In this document: piece by piece, positions 37,115-50,820 of the stretch
Layout of the letters: the number at the start of each line of letters is the position of its first letter
Numbering within the stretch: the stretch's first letter is position 1
DNA from: Camelus dromedarius
Lineage: Eukaryota
DNA: 64,000 nucleotides
Assembly: GCF_036321535.1 (NCBI RefSeq)
Contig: NC_087437.1
Coordinates: 58,406,001-58,470,000, forward strand
Reading direction: 5' to 3'
Translations under genes and position numbers: made by a program
Notes under the pieces: generated by a model
Database searches by the model: none
What the model was told of the DNA's origin: nothing
Seen by the model: only the letters and a program-made list of their open reading frames with translations

Positions 37115-40100
37115 ACTTATTTCTTCTCTTCTGCAGAACAGACTTTAACAAGATATCTAAGGACTAATTTTTTATGGTTATATCATATATATGGCAACTA
37201 AAATCCAGTTACAAAATAAAGCACTTTTTCATGCATAGCTACTAAGACCAAGTCTTTGAAAACCTCATTTTGTCTTTTGATAATAACTTAAAAACTCAAT
37301 ACTGAGGCCTGTTACACTCCATTTTGCCAATTTCTCCTCTACAATCCAGCCTAGAAAACTTTTTGAATCTGGATCCTGTCACTTATATTGTTCTCTCTCC
37401 CTCATGGTGAGGTATCAGTTGAGGATTAGATAAACTTGCCTTCATCCAAGCCGTTAATTTAAATAGTGACTAAACACAGGAAAGAGACAATAAGGCTCAC
37501 TTTTAAATTTTCAGTTTTAGTCCCTTGAGTTTTGGTTTGTTTTGTTTGTCCTTTCATGGAAAATGAGGAGTACATGACAGTGTTTAAAAGAATTCAGATG
37601 TTCAAAATTCCTGATTTTTCTTACCAGCTCTTCAGACCCTGCTTTTGGAATGGTAGACCTCAAAAAGTTACCCCTCCCCAGGTTTCCTCAGAGACAATGG
37701 CAATAGCGTCAACATCAATCTCACTGCACATCGATATTAATATTCATTTTTAAAGGGCACAACTCCTGACTCCATGTAAATTGACCCTTTACGTTTTCAT
37801 AGCACTTTCCCCATTTCTTATGTGACCCTCGTGAACTTTGTGAGTCAGAGGGGCCAGTGATGTCATTCTCAGGCAACTAGCCAGGTCCAAAAATTTGTCC
37901 ATAGCCACACGGTCAGCAGGGCAGCCTTGACTAGGATCTGCTGTCTGAAGTCCAGAGCTCCTGCACTGTTTCCCAGGAAAAAGTTACCACGAAGGGAAGT
38001 GCCCTCCCATCGGACCCGAGTCCTGCACACCCAGCAGCCACAGTGCCTTCTGGGGCTGCTCCCACTTGTAATTTTACACTAGCGTGGTGGGTATCTGTGC
38101 AGAGGCGGTGCACGGACGGAATGATTGGACTTGGCAACTGATGTGAACAAAGCAGCTCTCCTGTCTCAGGGGCAGAATCAAGACCATCTCCAGAAAGTAA
38201 ATGCAAGTGTGTCCAGAGAGGATCCTGAAACAGAGGCCACGGTGCACATAGTGTGCCTGGCAGAGGTGAGATATAATGACTTTTTTTCTCCTAGAGGAGT
38301 AATAATAAGGCTAAAATGATACCAAACATTCATTGAGAACATCCCAGCCTTTCCTATGGTGGTTCCATGGAGCAGTAGTCACGAAGGAATCTGCACGCAC
38401 ACATGCGCACACACACACACACGAGGAAGGCTTGCATGGATACACGTGAAACAGAGCACACTGCAATGCCCCTGTTAGAGAGTGCAAGGTAGACCAAAGG
38501 CTCTGACAGGCCCTGCTGTTATCCGCCTACCTGTTTCATCTAGTATTTCTCAAACCGAATTGCTGAGGAGAAAAGTGAGACTTTAATGTAATAAAACGCA
38601 TTAACAATGTTGTATTACAGAAGATATTTTTGGAAAGGCTGTCTTTCCTCATTGAATCCTCACCCGGATTCTGAATGGTAAGTATCACTATCCCCACTTT
38701 ACAAAGGACTCAGCGACGTGAAATATGTCACCCGACAGGACCAGAATTCAAACCCAGGTCTGCCAGAGAACAGCTCCCATTCCCGTTAGGCACTGCGCTG
38801 TACAGCCCAAAGGCTCCAGGCTCACTGAGGGTCTGGTGTTGTGAAGGATGCTCTGGGCTGTTTGTGAAACTGTGGGTTCTCAAGAGAATATAAGAAAAGC
38901 TGACCATGAATGGAGCGGCTGGTGAAACACTGGAGTAGAAAAAAAGGAAATTCTTTGAGGAAAAAGACAAGTGGAGGAAAAAGAGACGACTGGAGCCAGG
39001 TAGGAGTGAGGAGGGTGGGGAGTGGAGGGAGGATGTGGGGGAGGACAGTGAGGGCCAGTACAGTGAGGGTATCGATCACGTGGGCTGCTGAGAGGGTGAT
39101 GTGAAATATTGCTTGTCAAGCACCCAGCATCGAGCGGGCACAGGAAATATTAGCTGCTCCCCTCCTGGAGGAGTAGGGACCAGAATACAGGAGACATGAC
39201 AGCAAGGTTCAACTCTGGAGGCTCCTGCCAGGCCTTAAATCTTGCCTGATATCTGCGGTTGGCTCAGCAAAATGACCCAAGACTGCAGTGGATAATCTCA
39301 CAGGCCCTCTCCATCCATGGAGGTCATTTGTCCTCAAATCCTCTCACACAGTCACTGTGCTAGTTCACATGAAGTGATGACCGTAAATAGAAGTCAGATT
39401 GGGCCGTGGGGAACCTTCTGGAAAAGAAGAGCAAGTGGAGAGAGGTCGTAATGTCACAGACCGACAGCCCCCAAAGCCTGGGACTAGACCAGACCCCAGT
39501 GGAGTTTGGCCTACTGATTATCTTAAAAAAAAATGCCAAAATTTGTAAGAAGGCTATTTCACATAAGCATACAGATTTCCAGCTTCCCTTTCAAACTGGA
39601 AGGTCTGTCAGCAGTGAGCCTGTGACTTACAGGATGGCAGTTGCCCAGAGGTAGGGGCAGCTTCCTCTCAGCCCGTCTATCTAGGTCACCCCTGTGCCCC
39701 AAGGCCTACCTACCTCATGCAATTTCCTGATCCGGCCAGAGTAAGATTTGCATCTGCGATCTCTGCCCAGGCTCCCGAGTAAGATTTACTGGGAAGGAGA
39801 GAGAGGTCTAAAGCCACTCCCCGTCCCCCGCATGCCCATGCCACGACGGTGAGGCAAGCCTCGTGGGAGTCCTCACAGAGCTTCTTGGTGGATCGCTCTA
39901 GAATTACTTGGTCATCAACAAAAATGAAGAAAACTGTGGCACCTGACCTGTTATTTAATCCTTTGATACCCACGCCCCCTCTGTAATGGAGAGGATGGAA
40001 ACACCAAGCTCTAAGCTTTACAAACACAGCACTTGCATGGAGAAAAAATAAAAAGCAGCCAGGGTTTTCCGCACGCTCATCCGCACGTTTGAAAAAAACC

Positions 40101-40239
40101 ATCAGAACTGGCACAGAGGCGTTGGGTGGAGAACACAGGTGAGTGGGTCTTAACTCTTTGCCTCCCTTCAGTCCGAGGATTTCAGAGCACCATATCACTG
40201 TCAAGGTCAGTGGGGTTCGGTAAGGCAAGTCCCCCAAAA

Positions 40240-40503
40240 GCCCCTTTTGGAATTTAAATTTCCCAGAAGCCACATTAAAGAAGTAAAAGGCAGCAGATGA
40301 AATTAACTTTCCTAATATTTTATTTAACCCAACGTATCCCAAACATTGTCATTTCAATAAAAAGTATTAATGAGAGATTTTACACATTTTTAAACTAAGT
40401 CTTCAAACTCCTGTGTGTATTTTGCACTATAGCACATTTCAACTGGGATCAACTCCTTTTCTAAAACCACATGAAGCCAGTGGCTGCCTTATTGGACAGA
40501 CAG
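40240..40503. mobile_element. MER33/MER3-like hAT-Charlie element
   Basis: agccacattaaa...aatattttatttaaccca...actaagtcttcaaa...gtggctgccttattggacag. Confidence 0.7.
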
Positions 40504-41535
40504 GTCTAAGTGAAATCACTTATTTTCCATCGGTTAGCAAATGCGGGCAGGTGGGGAGAGAGTGGGTCTGGATTTCCCGCAGATCTCGCTGGGAACTGGG
40601 AACATCAGGCAGGAAACTGACTCCCTCCTGATGTAGGAACCACGTCCTCTGGGTTCCTTTGTGCCCTCCGGTGCCCCCCTCTCTCTTTGTCTCCCTTTCT
40701 CATTGCCCAACTGGAGACACCCCTGCAGTGTAAACTGCGCTGGGTGTGGAGGGGGAAAGGGTGCAATGGCTTCCCAGCCCCTCCCTGGCAGGCTGAGAAC
40801 CTTGGGCAAGTTACTTAACCTCCCAAGTCTCAGGTTTCTTTTCTATGGACTAGTATTAATTCCTTCCTGGAGTCCTAAGAATCAAATAATAAATGTAAAC
40901 TCTTTGGCACCAAATAGACACTGTAGGAGTTTTCAAGCTTTTAATGATTATTTTTTCAAGATTTACATGTTTGGTGGAAGGGGCAGTAGGAAAAGAATCG
41001 GAGAAGTGAGAACTTTTCTTTGTTTGTTTTTACTAAGTCCTAAACCCCAGGCCATGCTCTATTCCTTCTCTAGGACTTGTTGCTTATAATCTCTCCATGT
41101 TTTTATAAGGCATGATTTCAGCCCAAAGCACCTTGACTCTAAGTTATGCAGATACACTAAGAACCTTTTTTTAATTTAAAAAAAAAAGAGCTTCAGTTTT
41201 TGCCTGAACTTGTGGAATTGCATGGAGTGCCAGATGATAAGGGGGCACACCTCAGTGAGTACCCTGTAGACGTGTACCCCGACTACTCTGCAAAATGTTT
41301 GAGGAGGGAGCATCACGGGTCCAATAATTCAGGAGACAAGAACACCATCATCTAGAAGACACAACTTTCTCACCCCTGTAGCTTCCCCCAGCAGAAAATT
41401 GTGCCTTGTGCTTTTCAAGGAGCTGTAGCAGACCTAAACCTCTCCAGGTCCTAAAGCCAGTCCCATCCCAAGGAACCCCTGCCCACAGCCGCTGGCACTG
41501 TGAGGAGACTATAATGAAAAGAAAGGAAGACTCAC

Positions 41536-41598
41536 CAGTTCATTCTCTTCTCCTGGGTTGAGCACAGCCCGATGGTCCTTCCAGCTTTTCTCCTCCAT
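41536..41598 (-). CDS. ATP13A5: ATP13A5 coding exon 1 (MEEKSWKDHRAVLNPGEENEL)
   Basis: ATG at 41598; 63 nt/21 codons; donor CTG|gtgagt, phase 0. Matches the recalled human N-terminus MEENSKKDHRALLNQGEEDEL. Too short for the ORF track. Confidence 0.93.
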
Positions 41599-41790
41599 CT
41601 AAACCGGTCCTGTTGGCTAATTCCTTGGGGAAATGTCAAAACCACCAGGGATCAGGTGAACTCGGAACAATCACTACTTGTCATTGCTGTCCCCAGGTGC
41701 TTTTAAAAATCTCTTAGCACACGCCTTACCTATTAGTCTAACAAAGGAGAGAGAGGAAATACTTTCCTTAGTCGTGGGATTGGTCTGTTA
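41599..41790 (-). promoter_or_regulatory. ATP13A5 5' UTR / core promoter without a CpG island
   Basis: Immediately upstream of the ATG. TATA-like TTTAAAAG at 41700-41707 and CCAAT at 41779-41783 on the minus strand. The transcription start cannot be determined from sequence. Confidence 0.5.
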
Positions 41791-42299
41791 ATCTAACCTC
41801 TTTTTTTTTTTTTTAAATTCTTAGTATTTATGTGCTGAGCTAGATGTGAGTACCTGCAGACTTAAGTTGTTGAACTAGGAAGATAAATAATTTCATGTGC
41901 TGTCCATAAATGTCTCAGCCAAAGAATGGGAATGGACACTTTGCCAAACATCTGAGACAAAAAGGCCAACCAGTGAGAGATGAGTAAAAACCACACAGAC
42001 TTTGGAAAAGTAATGGGCATATTGGGGGGTGACAAGGAAAATAGAAGGAAGGGTGTTTGGTTCGTGACAGGGAATGGAGGGATCATTTTAGAATCAAGAA
42101 AATCTGAATTCTAATCCCTGATCTACTGATGACCCTGGACAAATCACTTAAAATCTGAATTTCAGGTTTCTAACATGCCACATGTCAACAATAAGGAGAG
42201 AGTTGATATAAGGCTCTAAGGTGATGTTTGAAAAAAGCCCAACTCTAGCACCTGCTTTGACTTAGCAGCATGACTTCAGATGACAGCACCAAGGATGAG

Positions 42300-42700
42300 T
42301 CACCACGTGTCTTAGAGGGGGCATGTGACCCCGTTCTCAGCAGTGCAATATGAGGGAGAGACAGCCTGGGGCAGAAGTCTCCTGGGAAAGAATGTCTTAT
42401 TGACAAAGAGAGAGAACTCTTTTGTTTCCTTCACTTTCTTCTTCCCTTGAAAAAATGATATGTGAGGATGCAATGCTTGGAGCATGACAACCATCTTTAG
42501 ATCATGAGAAAGATGAAAATCATCATGTTGATGAAGGTGGAGAAAAGAATAAAAAGGCTCAGATCCTCATGATTCCCTGAAGCCACAGAACTAAGCTAGG
42601 GACTACCTAGCTCTAGAGGCCTCGTTAAACATACAATTAAATGTTCTTCATAAAGCCACTGTTGTTTGTGGTTTCTGTTGCAGCCCAAAGATACAAAATA
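42300..42700 (+). mobile_element. MLT1-type LTR
   Basis: gatgcaatgcttggagc...ccatctt...catgag; aagccactgttgtttgtggtttctgttgcagcc. Confidence 0.65.
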
Positions 42701-45700
42701 CAACACTCATTGCAACTCTGTTCAACTTTACTCTGCAATTATGTGTTGAACAACAGATATTCCGGACATTGTGCTGGGCCCTTGGGACTCAGTGGTGAAA
42801 AGGAGAGTCACTACCCTGAGAGAGTGTACAGGTGCCTGGGAGAGAAGGCCAAGTGAGCAGCCTCTTCAGTAGGAAGGACATCGAACTCAGACTTGATGGG
42901 ATAAGAACAGCTTCCCGAAGGAAGGACATCTATGCTGACATCTCAAAGACAAGCACAAGTTAACCAGGCGGGAGGAACAGGGGATAGTGGCAGATGGTGG
43001 ACACATTCTAGGCCAGAGAATAGGAGAAGAGAATGTATGAAAAGGTTCAAGAGAGGTGAGAAAACATAGCTTATTTGGGATATCCAGGGATATCGCAGTA
43101 AGACTTAAGGATCGAGGGAGTGAAGTGGGGGATTGTGTTAAGCACTGAGCATGGAATGTAAGCAGTGGTGTGCTTGCTCATAAACGGAGTCAAACTGGCT
43201 GCTCCATCTTTGGGTGGTATATATATGTATATGTATTTATTGTTTTTGTATGGGAGGAAAAAAACAAGACAAAACTTCGTCTTCCAGACAAGACCCAAGA
43301 CTTTAGCTCCTTTCAACTGATGAATAAACATTCTTTCTGTTCCACATCAAGTCTTCTAATAATCACAACTGCTCACAAATGAGCCTTGGAGGTAATGAGC
43401 TTCCTGGCCCCCGGAGTATTCATGCTGACGTTCAGCCTATTCACCACACAGAATGAAATCATCAGATTAAAATTTGTGTTAGATAATCCGGAAGCTCTCT
43501 AAGTATTGAGCACTTGCTTCTGCCATCAGAGGACAGGTTCTGCAGGGGAAATAATCACATCTGCTTTAAACCCTACCTCCTGGAGGATCTGCAATGGATA
43601 TAAAAGCTTAAAAGATCTACTGTCTGATTGCTGTAAGCAAGAGAGTCGATCACAGCTCAGTGGCTCAGCCAGCCCCTAGAAAGCCCACGGGTTGAAGAGC
43701 CACCTACTGTGTTGATGTGTGTTGATGTGTGTGGTGGGGTGGGGCAATTGTGGGAACAGCCGGGATGCAGACTCAGTACTGGTGGGCGGGGCTTCCTAGA
43801 GCAGCTTAGCCTTGGAGCTCAGAAAGTCGTGACCAATGATTTTTTATTTGTGAAATGAAATGAGAACGACTAATAAACATAGATATTAAAATGATCTTTT
43901 ATTGGATTTTGCATGTACAATTGTACCAGTAAAAATAATTTTTAAAAATAAAATAAACTTTAATTAAAAAAATAAAAAAACAAATATTACTGTACATGAA
44001 GAAAGAAGAAATGAAATAATACTTTGAAATATTATTAATGTATTTTTACGAAAGAAGAAAAATGCATACATTGTAATTAACAGTAACATTGTGGTAACTA
44101 AGACATGAATTTTAATAAAATCAAAACACCTACAAAGGGTAAAATTTGGGCACTTATCAAATTGTTCAACGTGATGTAAAGTTTTATTTTCTTGACCCAC
44201 TCTTTAGTTTTAAAACAAACAACTTAAAATTTGAAAAGAAAAATAAATTTCAATTTTAAAGACATTATTCAAATTCAGTAAAATATTTCAAGTATGAACT
44301 AAGATTTGCACTCACCATACACAAATGTTTAAATTTGCAATGTGCACTCTGTTTTACTCTTTTTGAAGAAGAGCCTAGGAAGACAGCACTAGATACCTAA
44401 GTTAAAGCCAGGGGATGGAAATCTGAGCTCTCTAGCTGAGAAATTAGATTTTATATGGTTGGCAAAAAGTGCCCCTTGGAGTAGTAATAGTAGCTTGCCA
44501 ACATCTTTGGCTCTTCTGAATTCAATTCTACCGACACGTGTGAAAAGCCGCCATATGTAAAGCACTGCTCCAGGCCCTGAGATGAGGATCTAACAATGAA
44601 TGAGGCTGGAACCCTGCCCTTGAGCTCAGTCTACTGCTGCCATGCTCTGGAATAGAAATCTTCTGCATCCTCTACCTTCCTGCAGCTGCTCTTAGGACCT
44701 CTACCACAGAAGGGCTTCACAAGCTCATCTGTCATGGACAGGCTCAAATTCAGCTCGTCACCGATGTGTAAATCGTTCATTGCTTAGTTGGAGCCTTTGA
44801 GGTACCTTCCTCCTACAGAAACTAGGTGTTCAGAATTTGTTGGTGGAAGTTAGGACATTTGAAAGTGATTGATTTTTGGAGTATCTGAGCTTGTAACAGA
44901 AAACTAAGCAGCCCAGGGACTTCTGATTAGAGTATGTGAAGTGAATCCAAGGGGAGAGAAATATTCCACCCGGCTCACTTAACTGCTGTGTCCTGGTCGA
45001 TAAGGAGACGGCTCCTCCTCTTCTGCTGATGGCTTTTCTCTGGGGCGCTCCTGTCTGCTCCTGTTCTAGGCGTGGCTGTGCATCTGCCCTCCTTAGGGGC
45101 AGAGACACAAGTTAGGCAGCCGAGCTTCCTTGGCCCTCACGGGAGTCAAGTACCAGAGCTTGGATCAAGCCCTAGGCTCTACTTGATCTTTATTGTAGAA
45201 GTTACCTTATGCAGTGCAGACACTGTGATTTGGTGCAGACCATTGAAGCAGTTACTGTTTTTATATTTCATTTGCTCCTGTTTAGGATTTTTAAAATGTT
45301 GTGTCTTCAGTCATTAAAAAAAAGTATTAACTTACTTACTCTACTATGGAGTCAGTTCTATTTTGTTAATGCTTTATATGTCCCAGGCTTGGGGGCCTCG
45401 TTGCCTTTGGGTCCTCCGACTTTGATTTGGGGACCATTCCCGTGGAATTTTACATGTAAGTCTATAGTGGCACTTTGCACTTTCCAGGGAAAGAACTATT
45501 CATCTTCAGATCCAAGGACTTAGCGCAGGGAGTGGCAGATGTGGCAGGCGTTCAATAAGTAATGTGGAAATGAGTAAGTCACTCTTTCCCTGCCTGGGGA
45601 ATCTGCTTTACACTATGTCATTCTTCATATTAAGTAAATATTTACAGAATTTTTGCTTTAGAATGGTCAGTGGCAGAGTGGAAAACAGAACTGGGATCAA

Positions 45701-45739
45701 CACTGTTTGTGGTCTGTTCACATCTGCTTGAATGCCTCA

Positions 45740-46133
45740 ATGCCTCCGCAGGCATTTATGCATTTTCTTCTAATGTACCTGCGACTCCCTGTAGAGGATT
45801 GTCTGTGAGCCCCTTTGCCTGTCCTAGCAAAGACCCAAAAGCCTCTGGAGTTTACTCCCCACCCCTATCTGGCCCAAGCAGCCCTGAGCCAATGGCTAAG
45901 GCTGAAGTCTGAAGCTCTGCTCCCTTGCGAAGAGTCGAGACGCAGGGGTAAGTTTACATTCCAAGGCTCCCTGACATCATCGGGTTGAGGTTAAGACTTT
46001 GCCCAAAGTCACATTTTCCCTTGTGTTTTCTTCCACTCCCTTACCAGTTTCTCTTAGGAATACTTCCTTAATAAAATATTTGCCCCTAAATCCATGGCTT
46101 AGTGTCTGCTTCCGGGGAATCCAACTTCAGAAA
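45740..46133 (+). mobile_element. ERVL LTR16-like solo LTR
   Basis: The 3' end cttccttaataaa...aatcc...gtctgcttccggggaatccaac resembles the recalled LTR16 U5. The 5' boundary is approximate. Confidence 0.6.
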
Positions 46134-47526
46134 AGAACTAACGGTTCCTAATATTTGTAACCCCCATCCCGGATCTATGGAGGCACCATCAACTCATTTC
46201 TTTTGTAGGGGAGGGCCAGGGAGGGGAACTACCTGCTGTATAAGCAGGTTTCCTCTTGCCTTTGTCCCGCTTGGCTCTTACCAGCTCCCTCACGCCGAAG
46301 CCTCCAGTGGTTAGGTCTAACCATTCTTTCTGCCTAAGCTATTATGATTATTCCAGGTGAATTCAATAGCTCATTTTATGCTCCTGGAAATGTATTGACT
46401 CTTGTCAAGAAATTCAGGCTTGCCAAAGCTTATACCGCATTGACCTGGCACTCTGTATTTTAGTAGCAGGACAGGAACAGAATGTCTGTTTAATTTAATC
46501 TTCTGGAGAGGTTTCCAGACAATTGGCCACAAGAACAAATCTACACAGACTGCCAGTTGCATGGCTTGTCAGCTGAGTACGAGAAATGCCAGTGAGAATG
46601 ACTGTCAAGAGTTAACTGTGTTTGTCAGGGAAGTCACCTATCAGAGTCTGACCAGTGGCCAAAAAGATGCCCCAGTGCTGTCAGAGCAGTATCTTGGTGA
46701 ACACCACACTCACACCTCTGCTCCCCTCACTGTCGACCATTGAGACAATGCAGGATGCTGGCCAGAAGAACAATGGCATTTCTGCAATCGGTGTGGTCTC
46801 CACTCGAAGAACAGAGGTTCAATAACATTTGTCGATCGGAGAGGCTTCCCCAGAAAGAAAACAGCTGGGGTGGGGTGGGATGGTTATAAAAACGGGGAAT
46901 GGACTTAGGCTTTCCAGAGTGAGCTGGGCCCATCATCTATCCTAAGCAGAATATCACCCTCTGAATTGATGTCCTGAAGCAAATTAATTTCTTGCTAATT
47001 GATTCCAGATGATCTAACCTGGTTGGAGAGATGAATATTCTCTGAGATCCTCAGACCAGGATTGGTTGTGCTTTTTCTCCCTTATCTGAAGGATGGATTA
47101 GATTGAATGACTTAAAGAGTGGAGGCTTTACATAAATTGTCGACTAGCTTTAAGAGTACAAGGTATTAAACACCATTGTATGTTTTTGCCTTGGGCTAGG
47201 GGCAGTGCTTTCTCACTGAACTTAGCCGGCAGGTGATTGTGTTGTCAAGAATGGAGTACTTAGAGCTCTAACAAAGAGCAGGGATGGACGTGCTCACCTC
47301 GAAGGGAGAGAAGTCTGTCAACAGACTTTCTTCCCACCAGGGACTGCTTTTATAACACAGAGTCGAGAATGCACAGTGGAACGTAGCATTTCCAAAGGAA
47401 ATACACCATAAAGTATTCTCTCAGCACAGCAGGAGCTGGTGGTGAAAATTGTAGATGAGTCTCTGTGGGGATAAATGCAAGATAGTACATTTAGGGGGAA
47501 ATCATCTAAGTTATTTTTTTAAGATT

Positions 47527-47700
47527 ACAGTTCCTAAATCTGATTCATCATCAGAATCACCTGGAGAGCTTGATAAAGTTTGGGCTCCCCAGGACCTAGT
47601 CCAGAGATACTGACTGAGTTTGTCTGAGTCCAGGCCCAGGACTTCACTTCTAATAAGCTCCTTGGGGGGTTTCATGGTGGGTCAAATTTGAGAACTGTGT
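47527..47700. mobile_element. MER5-like MITE
   Basis: catcagaatcacctggagagctt...taataagctcc...tttgagaactg. Confidence 0.7.
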
Positions 47701-49592
47701 TCCAAAAAGAAACCTATGAAGTGCTGTGGACTATTCCCCTGGGGAGAGTGGGCTAACATATGATGTGACAGCAAAAAATCAACTCAATACTACCTACAAA
47801 TATGTCCGAATCGGGACTGCTTTGTACAAGTCTTTGCATCTTATAGGAGATTCTGGAGTCTTGGAAATCATCCAGGAAGGGTTAATTTTAAAAAGCAGTC
47901 CTTCAGGATAGTCAGGCTGTAAAATAAATTCTAAAAAGAAAGTTGACTCTGGAAACACAAATAATTGATTTTGTAAACAAAGGCTGGTGGTGGGTCACTG
48001 TGTATCTCATTTTAAATAAATAAGAATAGGCAGATTAACTGAAAAATAATTTTAAACAATTAGTAAATCATTGATAATTACCTTTTAATTAAAAAAGAAT
48101 TATATTCATTCGATTCCCTGAAAGTTTATAGTGTGTCCATTATTTCATTTATTCTCCACCTATGCGTTCTTTCACTTACTCCTTCCCTGATTCACACAAC
48201 ACATTAAATAACTACTATATACAAAGCCAAAACTTTAAAATCCTCCTTAAAGCATGAGAAGTGTGGGAAAAGAAATTATGTGCCACATTTAATCTCCATG
48301 GATTTTTGCAGCTATGAATGAGATAATAAATAATATTCTCATGCCAATAGCCAAGGAAACTAAGATGTAGACATAGTAACTAATTTGCTCAAAAGCAGAA
48401 ATCAGAGAAGTCTGGGTTAGAGCTCATACCTGTCTGACTGCTACGCTTATACTCTGAGCTGCCACATGCCATTGCCCAAAAGAGGCACTTTTGAGATTGA
48501 CTTTATCTGAATACTGTGTGGTCCCGGAGATGAGGTCAGACGGGGGTACTTGTCGAGAGCCTATGACTTCAGCTAGCATGGCTGTTCCTATGCCTCCACA
48601 GGTCACCTCTGCCCCCACATAGGCTCCAGTCCTGAGCCACCCGCTCTGCCCTGGGACACTTGCTGTGTAAGGTGTGGGCAGACACAAATATTTGGTCTTT
48701 CCCAAGTAGGAGTCTTGGCATCCAGATCAAACTAGCATTCATCTAGGGAGGATCTGAACCTATAACATTATCCCCAGACCAAACCAGTTTCCAGTTAGTC
48801 ATGGATTGCAGCTGAATTCTTGAGGTTATTTAAGCCTTTATATCCTCAAGGCTAACCTTGGGCTGGGTCAAGAGAACTGAGTTGGCTTTCAAGAAAGAGC
48901 GCCCACCCAGCTGTCAAGTCACCTCATCTTGTACTTTGCTCAGTTCCTGCGCAGATCAGGAGCATGGAGTGGCCCTGGGGCTCTGAGCTGCTTTCCCGGA
49001 GTGCTTTTACCCCTAAGTGTTCCTACCTGCTCTTTCGCCAAGTGCACTTCACTTCCTGGGGAGGTATCTCTCCAATCTTTACAAGCTATGTTTCCCTGGT
49101 CACATAAACCTGGGGCAGCAGTCAAAAACAGGGTCACAGAAGCACTGCCACGCTGAAGCCCCTCCTGAGTTATTGAGAAGGTCCACAGAATGTTGCATGG
49201 AGGGCTCCTGGTGACAGCATGCTCTTCCCTCCCACTCAGACCACAGACCACTGCTCTGAGATGACCTCTGCAGCTTCCATGAGGTTTCTGTGGGTCTGAT
49301 CTGACCCTGAGATCAGTTGCAGGGGACCCCAGGTGGCACACCACTCTATCACACCTCGCCATTCTCCATCTCCTTTAGCCACTTTCTACCTTCCTTAGCC
49401 ATTTGGGGACAGGCTCAGACTGTTTATGTCACCTATATGTCTATGTGTGACACCACTAGCCACTGGCAAGATGCATCTCCCACTGATGCTCCCACAGTCA
49501 CATCACTGCCAAGTGACAGAAGTCACAGGTAGATTCCTTCCACCCTGCCTTTATTACACTCTGACACACCGATCACAGAGTGGGCCTCTATC

Positions 49593-49712
49593 TCTGTCTC
49601 CACCCCTATCCCTATGTCTGTCTCCACCCCTATCCCTATGTCTGTCTCCACCCCTATCCCTATCGCTGTCTCCACCTCTATCCCTATCTCTGTCTCCATC
49701 TCTAGCTCTGTC
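49593..49712. repeat. 24-bp minisatellite (tctgtctccacccctatccctatg) x ~5
   Basis: Units start at 49593, 49617, 49641, 49665 and 49689 and diverge progressively to the right. Confidence 0.92.
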
Positions 49713-50199
49713 TCATCTCTCATTTCATCATAGCTTTCTCTTCTTTGGGCTCTTGCAAAAGTTCATAAAGGTGGGGTGAAACCAGAGAACAGACTGAAAA
49801 ATACACACCCAGTTGCACTGAAACTTCGCTTCTGTACCCTAATACCCAATGTTTGGTTTTCAAACATGGTTGCTTGCCTCAATTCTCTCTTTCCTTGAGT
49901 TGAGTACCCTTCTAGGAGAGTCTACCCTCACAGATAAACCTCTAGCATCCTCTACATATTGAGACGGTCTTTGTAGCATATACCCAGCTCTTCTAATCCC
50001 ACAGCACGCCTCCCCACACACACAGTATAAATGGAGAGCCAAACTCATCAAGCACATTGGAATCAGTATACTTTGTACTTTTGGTTGTATTTATTCACAG
50101 TCCTATTGTTTTAGTTAAGCTTCTTTGTACCGAGTGGAAAACAGATGTTCACAGACAAAGGAGGAGAAATTAATCAACAAAGTGTCCCAGTGATTATAC

Positions 50200-50820
50200 T
50201 CTTTTATTGACTCATAAGCCACAGCTGCTTGCAGCACTCCAACCATGGCCCTGTGCTAGGTGCAGTGTGGGAAGATGAAATGAATCAGGCTTGGTCCCTA
50301 CCTCCAGAGAAAGGTGCTCTTTAGTTAAAGTGGGGTTGTATAGGATTTGGAGGAATTTGAAACAGTCCAGAACCATAATACAAAGTAAAAAGAACTGCCT
50401 GTTATTCAAAGGATCGATATGTAGAGTGTGATGTGTGTGCAGATAAAAGAGATCTCCTTTTTGGCTTGGCAGGTTCAGTCACATTCTAATTAGATCTTGA
50501 GAAATAGGTGGGATTTGGATGTATGAAGATAAGGGTAAAATTTCAAAGAGAAATCAGCATGAGCAGAGGTATTGAGTGGGAAAGTGGTTACTGTATGTTG
50601 GGAATAAGCTAGTTACTGAATGCTGGGGATGACAGTTTGTGGCAACACAGAGCACAAGATAGAGAAACGTCTGAGATGGGGCCAGTACAAAGGGTCTTGA
50701 ATTCCCTACTAAACAATGTATATTTTATCTGGTAGATAATTTAGACTACAAAAGATTTCTGACCATGGATGTGACAAGATCAGAGGTGGGCGATAAAATT
50801 AATGGAGACCTTGAGAAGCA
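50200..50820 (-). mobile_element. L2 LINE fragment
   Basis: ccctgtgctaggtgc...ggtccctacctc...aggtgggatttgga...gtgacaagatcaga. Confidence 0.55.

Noticed and set aside
39710..40342. 210-aa minus-strand ORF, the longest in the track
   Set aside because: Non-ATG start inside a hAT MITE, no recognisable domain, intronic; consistent with a chance ORF.
1846..41598. ATP13A5 pseudogenisation
   Set aside because: All nine exons are open, have GT-AG boundaries with consistent phases, and sum to 943 nt with no frameshift or stop.
43830..44400. Very AT-rich block upstream of ATP13A5
   Set aside because: Possibly a decayed DNA-transposon fragment, but I could not identify termini or a family, so I make no call.
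49426..49779. Repetitive protein ORFs (LSLSPP / IGIGVET) or a CRISPR-like array
   Set aside because: It is a head-to-tail 24-bp minisatellite with no unique spacers, in a mammalian context.
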